This document shows, piece by piece, positions 1 through 9,350 of a DNA stretch of 64,000 nucleotides. Both the position numbers and the translations under genes were made by a program. Origin of the DNA: Eledone cirrhosa (lineage: Eukaryota); NCBI GenBank assembly GCA_964016885.1, contig OZ024745.1:76818001-76882000 (forward strand), written 5' to 3'. The stretch's first letter is position 1. Each line of letters begins with the position of its first letter. Below the pieces are notes generated by a model. It was given only the letters and a program-made list of their open reading frames with translations. It did no database searches and was not told the DNA's origin.

Positions 1-507
1 AACAGGGAAAATAGATACTGAATTGTGATGATGATGGTGAAACATACATATAAGCTTGACAAGTATACAATAAATAAAATAATGAAACAACCCAAAATTT
101 CATTTCATCAATATTTTGGTCACATATACAGTCTCAGTTTCTACTGAATCCATTGATGTGTACAGTTTGACTAAATTGCTGACTATAAGAAACTTTGGTT
201 TGGATAAGTAATTTTATTTACCATATGAAACATGGCATACTCTACAATTTTCAAACACAAATCTGTAATTGAATATCTTTTTTTTTATGCCCTAAAACCA
301 CACATGTTTATACATATGTACTGTATATCACTAGAGAAATTGCTTTTTCAATCCAATGCAAAGTTACATGTGTGTTAGTATCTATCTACATTCTTGATTT
401 CATATTATATCTATAATGCTCATGCCATATCTTGATATAAAAGTGCATTGCTGTTTGTATAAAAACCCAGACATGTAACATTTTTCTCTTCTTCATTTTG
501 GATACAG

Positions 508-627
508 GTTCATCTTCAAACACAGCAGAAAGAAAAAGTTCCGACCTCAACACTTTTAGTTCGTATAATTAAAACTGATGGCATTTTGGGTTTTTATAAT
601 GGTTTAACAGCTTCATTACTTCGACAG
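508..627 (+). CDS. SLC25A10: Mitochondrial dicarboxylate carrier, coding exon A (first in window; start exon lies upstream)
   Basis: tacag|GTT...CAG|gtatgt; 120 nt; VHLQTQQKEKVPTSTLLVRIIKTDGILGFYNGLTASLLRQ, matching the DIC N-terminal carrier repeat (VHLQTQQ...DG....Y.GL.ASL.RQ). Confidence 0.93.
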
Positions 628-1015
628 GTATGTTAAAAATTACTTTAAATTATTGTCACATATGAACTTCATAATATTATTTTAGGTCTAAAATAGGAGT
701 TTTATCCCACCATTAAATAAGCAAGCATTCTATATGTTAAACTCAAATTTATAAGATTTAGACTTCTATGTTTTATTATCTTTCATCTAAAATTGGAGTT
801 TTATCCCACCATTCTTTCCTACTATATATTATTTATTACTTGCTTAATGCTACATAAACCAGAATTAAATATCAGCCCTTTAAAATACAGAGATATGCTA
901 AAATTGTGAAAGATTATATTTTTTTCTCTAATTCTATCTTCTATTATTTCTTTCATCCATCATGTGCATACTCTAATATTACACACATTGCTTATATATA
1001 TATATATATATAAAA

Positions 1016-1256
1016 AAATACGTGAATTTGTATATCTGGTGATATAGTGATATACAGTATGTTTATAAATGAACATTTTGAAAGCCTTCAGCTATGAATT
1101 TGAAAACTAATGGTGTAACGCCATCTAGTGTGTTCTAGCAGAAGCTAAGGATGGGTAACTAGCAATGATGATGTCATCATTGCTGACTCTGGTCGTTATC
1201 AAAATAGTGCTCCCTGACCCACTTGTATATCACCAGATATACAAATTCACGTATTT
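1016..1256. mobile_element. ~240-bp MITE-like element with 31-bp perfect terminal inverted repeats
   Basis: aaatacgtgaatttgtatatctggtgatata (1016-1046) is the reverse complement of 1226-1256; sits next to a (TA)n tract; no ORF. Confidence 0.7.
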
Positions 1257-3356
1257 CATATACAAAGCTGTTAGAGTTAATGCTCTAGATGGATATGTAT
1301 GACATACAAGACAATTGGAAGTTTCTAAGAGACAATCTAATTCAGGCCACTGAGATTTGTGGCTAGAGGAAGGTACCAGCCAGACAAAAGATAACCTGAT
1401 GGTGGAACAGTACTCTAGATAGAACTATTAAAGCTAGAAGATAAGCATAGAAAGATTGGGAAAATGGTGGCAGCAAAAGCAATATGTCGATTCTCTCAAT
1501 GGTAGAAGTGTGTTAAAAATGAATATGGTCCACTTTCCATCACTGATGCTCAGAAGAAAAAAACCTAAGAGAAGTGGAGAATGAGTGGAAGGTAGAGGGA
1601 CTGCCCATAGAAGACAACAAAATAACCAGCTACCAAAATAGACAATTATTGGCTCAAAAATGCAATCATAGGAAAAATGGTAAAACTGTTGGACCATCAG
1701 AAATTGTTGTTGAGATACTGAGATCTTAGTGAGACTAAAATTTCCTAACCAAGTGTAAGCCTCAATATCTAGCTTTTGTAGATGTGGAAAAAGCCTTTGA
1801 CAGATTACCATGATCTCTGTTATCGGGTGCTTTTTTAATGAAACTAGGTGTAGAGTGGGTTGTAAGAGTAGCACAAGATATGTACAGAGGTGTTGGCAGT
1901 AAAGTGAGAGTAGGTAATGAGTTTAGTGTGGAATTCAATGGTCAGATTAATGTTCATTAAGGCTCTGTCCTCAGTCCATGTTTAGTATAGTTCTCCAAGT
2001 CATAATAGAAAAGTTTAATATTGACTGTCCATGAGAACTGTGTGCTGATGGCCTGGTTCTTATAACCAAATTCATGGAAGAGCTTGAGAAGAAATTCCTG
2101 TTGTGTAAACATGAATTAGAATCAAAAGAACTCAAAGTAGATCTTGTAAAGATCAGTTTTAGTAAGAAAGACGAAGAGGCAGCGTTTGATTATAAAGGAG
2201 TAGGTAGGAATTCTGTATGATGTACTCAATGTAGTAGGAGTGTAGACAGTAACAGAAAATATAGACTTTGCATGTGGCAGATAAACAGCAATGGTAGGTG
2301 GTAAAAACAGCAGGGAAATAAACATTTTCCAATCCCAGGAAGATACAATAGTAGTTTATAGTTTTTGTTCTTTAGGTGACCTAATTAGTTGAAAAGGAGG
2401 TTCTTCTGAGATCATAGTAGCTAGAATAAGAACCGCAAAAATATTTTCTCTATGAGCGAATAATAGATTGTATGATGTCTATGTAAGAAGTGCATGGCAG
2501 GGGGACATGGGCAGGTTGGAAAGAAATAAAGCAAGCATGCTCTGGTGGATGTGTAATGTCAGTGTGCATAAAGAATGGGGCATGGTTGAACTGAGAGAGA
2601 AACTGGATATAGGAGGAATCAGATGTATTGTGCAAGAAAGAAGAGAAGACTTCACTGGTTTTGACGTGATGCATCATCATCATCATCATCATCATCATCA
2701 TTTTACGTCCGCTTTTCCCTGCTTGCAAGGGTGGGACGGGTCTTATTCAGCACAGCATCTCTCCACTCGTCACGGTCCCTCGTCATCTCCACCGTGAGCT
2801 TCAATGAGCTGAGGTCTGTTCTCACCACCTCCGCCCATGTTTTTCGTGGTCTACCTCTACCACGTCTTCCTTCAACTTGCAATTCCTGGCACTTCTTCAC
2901 CCATCGGTCATCCTCCATGCGCATCACATGTCCATACCACCTCAGTCTCCTCTCCCGTACACTACATTCTATCCCTCTCAGACACAGTTTCTCTCTCAAC
3001 ACATTTATGCTGGGTCATTCACGCACATTTACACTGTACATCCAACGGAGCATGCTTGCCTCATTTCTCTCCAGCCGTCGCATATCCTCTGCAGTTGCTG
3101 CCCATGTCTCACTACCATGCAGCATCGCGCATATGGATGAATAATGCTAGAAGATACCCTTGGAAGGAAGCTGCAGTAGAGGAACACTGAGAAAAACTTG
3201 GGCAGTGATGGTTAGAGCTATCTCAAAATACTGAACCTCAGAGAAAATAACAAAGGAATGCTACAAAGGAATGCTACAAGCTACGCTGATAATGACTCGT
3301 CCAACCCATGCAAGCATAGAAAAAATCAGACATAAAGTGATGATGAGGATAATGAC
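1250..3356 (+). mobile_element. Old, degraded RTE-clade LINE, interrupted by a younger antisense RTE
   Basis: Broken frames give LAFVDVEKAFDRL (about 1768-1810), a QGSVLSP-like motif (about 1960) and RLERNKASMLWWMCNV (ORF 2468..2797); ends in a (GAT)n tail at about 3337-3356. Left boundary approximate. Confidence 0.7.
2672..3130 (-). mobile_element. 5'-truncated RTE LINE 3' end
   Basis: ORF 2703..3002(-) RERRLRWYGHVMRMEDDRWVKKCQELQVEGRRGRGRPRKTW is the RTE C-terminal signature; (GAT)n tail reads as (CAT)n at 2672-2701. Confidence 0.88.
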
Positions 3357-3681
3357 ATTCTATATCTATAGCCACATAGAGAAACAAATTTATGCATTAT
3401 CTGTGTGTGTATAAACCTACATACATGTACACAAAAGTACATATATGTAAAGCTACAAACGAGGAAGCTTCTATGAGGTCACTTGACACTCTAGAAATAG
3501 CTGCCAAATCTCCTGCAAACCATAACCTGCCAACATGGAAGAAGAAGAGTACATTGGAATAGGTAGTACTTTATATACAAAATGGTGGGATTGTAATGGC
3601 TGATAGTCCCTTGATCTTAGATCCACTTGACCAGGCTGACCAAACAACAAAAATGCGTATAATTATGAATAGGAAAGTGGT

Positions 3682-3900
3682 CATCATCATCATCATCGTT
3701 TAACATCCATCTTCCACGCTAGCATGGGTTTAGACGGGAATTGTCCCCCTTGAGGCAAGATTGGTTGACTTGCTCGTATAGGACTGTCTGGTGGGTTTTC
3801 TATGGCTGGATGCCCTTCCTAACACCAACCACGTTTACAGTGTGGACTGGGAGGTTTTTACCGTGTTACCTGCATGACCACATTACAGCGTGGACTGTGT
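3682..3900 (-). mobile_element. RTE-tailed SINE fragment
   Basis: (CAT)n tail, RTE-like 3' end, and the ggctggatgcccttcctaacaccaacc block shared with the SINEs at 4785-5128 and 13726-14072. Confidence 0.65.
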
Positions 3901-4035
3901 GTTTTTTTGTTGTGACACCTACACAACCTCATTTATTTAGGACTGGATGTTGTGGTACCAACATAACTTTACAGAGAAAGGGGTGGTGTAGATGGGGGGT
4001 GGGGTAGGGGTAGTGGGATGGGGGTGTATTTTTGG

Positions 4036-4720
4036 TTAAGAGGTGCCTACTGACTGTAGGTTTCGCTTTGTACTTAGGTAAGGCGAGTCTTCTGTATTAC
4101 TGCATAGCGCCAAAGCTCTCGGTCCAGTGACATTGTCTTGGAGAAGTGTAAGTGTGTAAGGTAGGAATTTATCAAATTGTCCCAGGTTTTTCTGGGTCTG
4201 CCTACTCCGTAGCTTCCATCTATTTTGATCGGCCTGTACTTTTTTATACAGCTGTCGTCTTTCATGCGCATCACGTGACCATACCAACGTAGTCTTCTCT
4301 CGAGTAAACAGCATCTGATCCCTCTTATTCCTAATTTCTCACTTAGTTCATTTATGCTTTGCCGTTCACGTATATTACTATTACACATCCAACGGAGCAT
4401 GCAAGCTTCGTTCCTCTCCAGTCTGCACAGATCCTCTGCACACAATGCCTATGTCTCACTGCCATGTAACATTGCTGTTCATATGCAGGCATCATACAGT
4501 CTACTTTTCATTTTTAGAGAGAAACCTTTAGCGGCCAATAGTGGTATAAGCCCTCTGAACTTTTTCCATCCCGTTCTGACTCTAGCTACTGTACTTTCAG
4601 AGCACCCTTCACCACTGCTGATTTTGTCACCCAGGTAATGGAAGGTGTCCACTATTTCTATAGAACCATCTGTGCAATGGAAGGAGCTAGTATCCTGTGG
4701 GCACTTGCTAGTGGTATTTA
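4036..4720 (-). mobile_element. RTE LINE 3' fragment
   Basis: ORF 4074..4445(-): RLERNEACMLRWMCN...ERRLRWYGHVMRM...GRPRKTW. Confidence 0.85.
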
Positions 4721-4784
4721 TTACTAACTACTATTACATGGTTGGAGGCAGAGAGAAAGGTGGACCAAACTAGGAGAATGTGAG

Positions 4785-5128
4785 ATCATCATCATCATCA
4801 TTTCATTTTACGTCCACTTTTCCCTGCTTGCAAGGGTGGGACGGGAACTGATTCTGGCTTGATTTCTACAGCTGGATGCCCTTCCTAACACCAACCTCAT
4901 TTACAGTGAGTGCTGGGTGCTTTTTTGCCGTGGCACCTCCACGACCACTTTGCAGTGGAATTATAGGGACCTCAGTCCCTATCATCTCATTTCTACAGCT
5001 GAGTAAACTGGAGCAATGTGAAATAAAGTGTCTTGCTCAAGGAAACAACACATCAACCAGTCTGGGAATTGAACTCACAACCTTTCGATTGCAAGGCCAA
5101 TGCTCTAACCACTAAGCCATGTGCCTCC
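4785..5128 (-). mobile_element. Full-length tRNA-head SINE with RTE-derived tail (family A)
   Basis: Minus-strand head GGAGGCACATGGCTTAGTGGTTAGAGC...GAGTTCAATTCC (Pol III A/B boxes); 3' ~40 nt nearly identical to the RTE 3' end at 2702-2740; (GAT)n tail. Confidence 0.88.
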
Positions 5129-5232
5129 ATATTGGTCATCAATATTTGTGGATGTAATAGAGCTCAGAGTAAAAGATTAAGTTTGTGACATTTTATTTCC
5201 AAGTGAAAGTTGATCTGTTTTGTAAAATGAAC

Positions 5233-5283
<51 letters not shown>

Positions 5284-6318
5284 ATGCACACACATGATTG
5301 AAAGAATGACTTAAATTAAATTATCTAGTTAGGATGTTGAACATTTCTTGTACATTAAAATGAGCAGCATGAAGGTGTTTGCTGAAGTATTCAGCTAAAT
5401 GTTAGTTCCACTAACATGTAAGGAACGACAGTTTATGCTTGATAAAGTGAGGCTGGTTGGGTAGGCAATTAAAGTGGTCAGTGACATAGAATCGAGTGTT
5501 GTGGTCAGTTATGTGTGTGCTGTTGGAGATAAAGAGATAAATGTAACACACAGAAGGGGACTATTTAAAAGTATAGGAGTGAGTATTACTGAGGGAAAGA
5601 GTGCTTCTTACTAGAAGGTTATCAAAGTTTTTGTTTCGTTTTGGAAGAGAGGAGTGATAGAGGTATGCCAAAAGTTATCACCAGCCAAATTGAAAAATCG
5701 AGGTGACTTGATTCAAAAACAAAAGGAGAATCTTGTGGCAATGGCTTGGCATGATAAGATTGTAACACTGCTGACAATCAATGTCAGTTTGAATGACTTA
5801 ACAAGTGACTGGTGAAAACAAAAGTCCAGATAATACCACAATGTGCCATGTCCAAGAGCAATAAAAAAATTATACTGAGCACATGAATGGTATGACTGTC
5901 CAGACCAGTTGAGAGCCAGCTACTACATTGGAAGAAAATGTTTGTATTATTTTAGTGTTGATGTGGTTATATGTTAATTGTTTGTGCTGATGAAAGAGTC
6001 ACCAAATCACAAGCTCTTGTCTAAAAAGGGCTAGAACAAAAAATAAACTCAGTTGGTTTTCAGAATGTGGCCCATCAATTAATCCGTGTGACTATTCTTA
6101 TAAAAGAAAAAGGTCCCTGGAAGAAGTTTCCCAGGTCCAGAATGTCATGCATTGACCTTGAAAAAAAAAATTGTAAACAGTGTTCCAAACAGAACATTAG
6201 TAGGGAAACAAAAACAGGATGGGAACAGTGCAAAGTGAATCCCTGCCTAAGTTGTTTCAATCTGTATTAACTTGAACATTTTCAGCAATTGATATAAATA
6301 AACTTCCAAGTATATATA

Positions 6319-6360
<42 letters not shown>

Positions 6361-6515
6361 TAGATAATTTGTATTCCAATGTTACTAAGTAGTTGCATTG
6401 GATGGAGTCAACTGACGTCAGAGATTGCTCAACGTATAATAAAGTGTGTTTTAAAATCCGGAGAAAATATGGAGAAAAATTTACGAAATGGAAATGCGGG
6501 TATATAGAATTTATT

Positions 6516-6632
6516 AGGTAACAATTGTTTCTATAGTGTATGAGTTACCTATACCTCGCTATTTGAATAATACACAAATATTATCAAAAACCGAGAGTAC
6601 ACTGTAAGCCAACACACCATGTCATCAGACCT
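6516..6632 (-). ncRNA. Hammerhead ribozyme, inverted pLTR copy
   Basis: Reverse complement of 9234-9350. Confidence 0.78.
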
Positions 6633-6993
6633 TTGTATTAGAATGATATGAAAATATTTTGTACACTAGATAAAAGATAAAGAAGGAGGTAGGAAGAGAA
6701 GAGGAAGAGGGAAGTGAGTAAGGTGGAGGGAGTCCTAGGGTTTAAGACTGTCAGACTACTAGTAGAGATTGTGAAGAGAGAATGTTTTGGCAGCAGTTAG
6801 CTTAATGAGGCGTGCTAAGGTTGGCTGGGAAGTAGATTCTTCTAGTGGTGTTGTTCGGACAAAATTTAGTTAGAGGGGTCAAAGTGGTACTATGTCACAG
6901 ACAAGTTATTAGGGCTATTATAGTAGCAGGTTATTTCTAAAGGGGTCCAGAAAAACAGTGTTTAGTACTATTATTATAGAAAGCCATATCTAA

Positions 6994-8820
6994 CTAACCA
7001 ACATTAATAACGCAGCATGTGATATTGTTAGGAAACTGAAAATTGACGACAGAACGGTACCCCTATCCCCAGCTACACCGACTTTTAATCTGAAGGACCA
7101 TAAGGATAACTTCGATACTAACCCTAAAATTAGATTAATATGTCCTTCAAAGTCCGATATAGGTAGGATTAGTAAGTACATATTAGATCGTATTATCCCC
7201 CAAGTTAAGGCTAAGGTAGATATTAAATTATGGGGTAATACTCATCAGGCAATAAGTTGGTTCAATAACATTAGGGACAAAAACAAATCTTCTTTTATTC
7301 AATTCGATATAGATGAATACTATTCCTCTATTTCACCCGAAACCCTGCATAAGGCCCTCTCTTTCGCTAAGACTAACTCGGACCTCACAAACGAGGAAAT
7401 TAATATTATACTTGAAGCTAGACGCACAGTAGTGCACTTTGAAAATAGTTATTGGCTCCGCAGGGATAGACCCTTGGAATTCGACATTACGATGGGTTCT
7501 AACGATTCGGCGGAGGTCACGGATTTGGTTGGGATCTATATAGCCCATAGACTCCAGAGCGAATTTACGGACCTCCACGGCGGAATATACCGCGACGATA
7601 CACTTCTATTAGTCAAGAATATGAACAAACAAAACCTAGAAAGGCGACGTAAAAACATTAGGAAACTTTTCTTAGAACTAGGGCTTAATATTACCTTTGA
7701 ACACAATCTTAAGGTGGTCAACTTCTTGGATGTCACCTTCAACCTTAATAACGGTAATATAGAGCCATTTCACAAACTTAATGAAAATCTTAAGTACGTT
7801 AATGTAAAATCGAACCATCCTCATTCCATTATTAAATCTATCCCTAAAAATATATCCATAAGGATCTCCCGACTGTCATCTAATTTGCAGACCTTCAACG
7901 AGCATGCTGAATATTATAATGACGCACTTAGAAAAGCTGGTTACTGCGAGAAAATTGAATATCTAGACGATAACCACATAAGTACTATGAATAAAACACA
8001 TCTAAGTCGAACTAGTATTGCACCACACACACACATCAATAGGCATACTAACAGGTGCAAACCAGCAAATAGAGTCAGACGTAGAGAGTACATATGGTAT
8101 AACCCCGTGTACAATTCTATTAGCACTAAGATTATCTCACAATTCTATACACTAATCAATAAACACTTTACAACTTCACATAAATACTATAAAATCTTTA
8201 ACTCGCGCACCATTAGACTCTCATACTCCACTGCACCTAACATAGAACAACTAATTAGAAAACTCAACTCAGCAATACTGAATAAGTACATCCCTAATGA
8301 CTCAGCGCACCAGCATAGCAACATGCAACGCACTAACACGCAACCACAACCCCACCAAACTATCCAGGATTCTACTGCAAAACATAAAAATAGTTGTAAC
8401 TGCACCAAACCAGGTACGTGCCCACTGAATAACCAGTGCCTAGCACGCAATATTGTCTACCGGTGTACAATAAATTCCGGGACCAACAAATGGTATTACG
8501 TCGGATGTACCGCAACTTCTTTCAAGGCTCGCCTATACCAACATCGATCTTCGATCAGGCACGAGAAAATGCGCTCCGTAACAACCCTCGCCGATAAAGC
8601 CTGGCAGCTTCGGAGGAACAATCAAGCGTTCTCCCATGATTGGCAAATTATTGCAGCTGCGCCTGCATATCAGCAAAATCATCGATTCTGCAAGTTATGC
8701 AATTTAGAGATATACTGCATTTTAACGTCGGTAAACAAACTTTTGAACAGCAAAATTGAACGTTCTCTATACTGTAACCATCGTTTGAAAACGACTTTTT
8801 CTTTTTTTAAATGCATATAA
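6994..8820 (+). CDS. PLE reverse transcriptase-GIY-YIG endonuclease ORF (N-terminally truncated, uninterrupted for 608 codons)
   Basis: Frame of ORF 7432..8820 stays open back to 6994: LKDHKDNF..P..RLICPSKSDIGRISK, FIQFDIDEYYSSI, MGS, YRDD, FLDV; then CNC...CPL...C, IVY...YVG, CKLC and terminal LN...E..CNH, characteristic of Naiad PLEs. Confidence 0.9.
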   Translation, partial: LTNINNAACDIVRKLKIDDRTVPLSPATPTFNLKDHKDNFDTNPKIRLICPSKSDIGRISKYILDRIIPQVKAKVDIKLWGNTHQAISWFNNIRDKNKSSFIQFDIDEYYSSISPETLHKALSFAKTNSDLTNEEINIILEARRTVVHFENSYWLRRDRPLEFDITMGSNDSAEVTDLVGIYIAHRLQSEFTDLHGGIYRDDTLLLVKNMNKQNLERRRKNIRKLFLELGLNITFEHNLKVVNFLDVTFNLNNGNIEPFHKLNENLKYVNVKSNHPHSIIKSIPKNISIRISRLSSNLQTFNEHAEYYNDALRKAGYCEKIEYLDDNHISTMNKTHLSRTSIAPHTHINRHTNRCKPANRVRRREYIWYNPVYNSISTKIISQFYTLINKHFTTSHKYYKIFNSRTIRLSYSTAPNIEQLIRKLNSAILNKYIPNDSAHQHSNMQRTNTQPQPHQTIQDSTAKHKNSCNCTKPGTCPLNNQCLARNIVYRCTINSGTNKWYYVGCTATSFKARLYQHRSSIRHEKMRSVTTLADKAWQLRRNNQAFSHDWQIIAAAPAYQQNHRFCKLCNLEIYCILTSVNKLLNSKIERSLYCNHRLKTTFSFFKCI

Positions 8821-9233
8821 TGTTACCTTTTTACACCAACGTTTGCAAATTTCTGTCTTATATGTTTACACACTAGATATGGCTTTCTATAATAATAGTA
8901 CTAAACACTGTTTTTCTGGACCCCTTTAGAAATAACCTGCTACTATAATAGCCCTAATAACTTGTCTGTGACATAGTACCACTTTGACCCCTCTAACTAA
9001 ATTTTGTCCGAACAACACCACTAGAAGAATCTACTTCCCAGCCAACCTTAGCACGCCTCATTAAGCTAACTGCTGCCCAAACATTCTCTCTTCACAATCT
9101 CTACTAGTAGTCTGACAGTCTTAAACCCTAGGACTCCCTCCTCCTTACTCACTTCTCTCTTCCCCTTCTCTTCCTACCTCCTTCTTTATCTTTTATCTAG
9201 TGTACAAAATATTTTCATATCATTCTAATACAA

Positions 9234-9350
9234 AGGTCTGATGACATGGTGTGTTGGCTTACAGTGTACTCTCGGTTTTTGATAATATTTGTGTATTATT
9301 CAAATAGCGAGGTATAGGTAACTCATACACTATAGAAACAATTGTTACCT
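9234..9350 (+). ncRNA. Minimal type I hammerhead ribozyme in 3' pLTR
   Basis: Stem I aggt/acct; CTGATGA 9238-9244; 90-nt stem II; GAAA 9335-9338; palindromic stem III acaattgt; GUU triplet; AATAAA at 9351-9356. Confidence 0.8.

Noticed and set aside
2450-2797. Poly-His / poly-Met ORFs
   Set aside because: Produced by the (CAT)n tail of an RTE insertion.
6994-8820. Possible selenoprotein-type Naiad (in-frame UGA plus SECIS)
   Set aside because: No in-frame TGA in the retained ORF; cysteine motifs use TGT/TGC.
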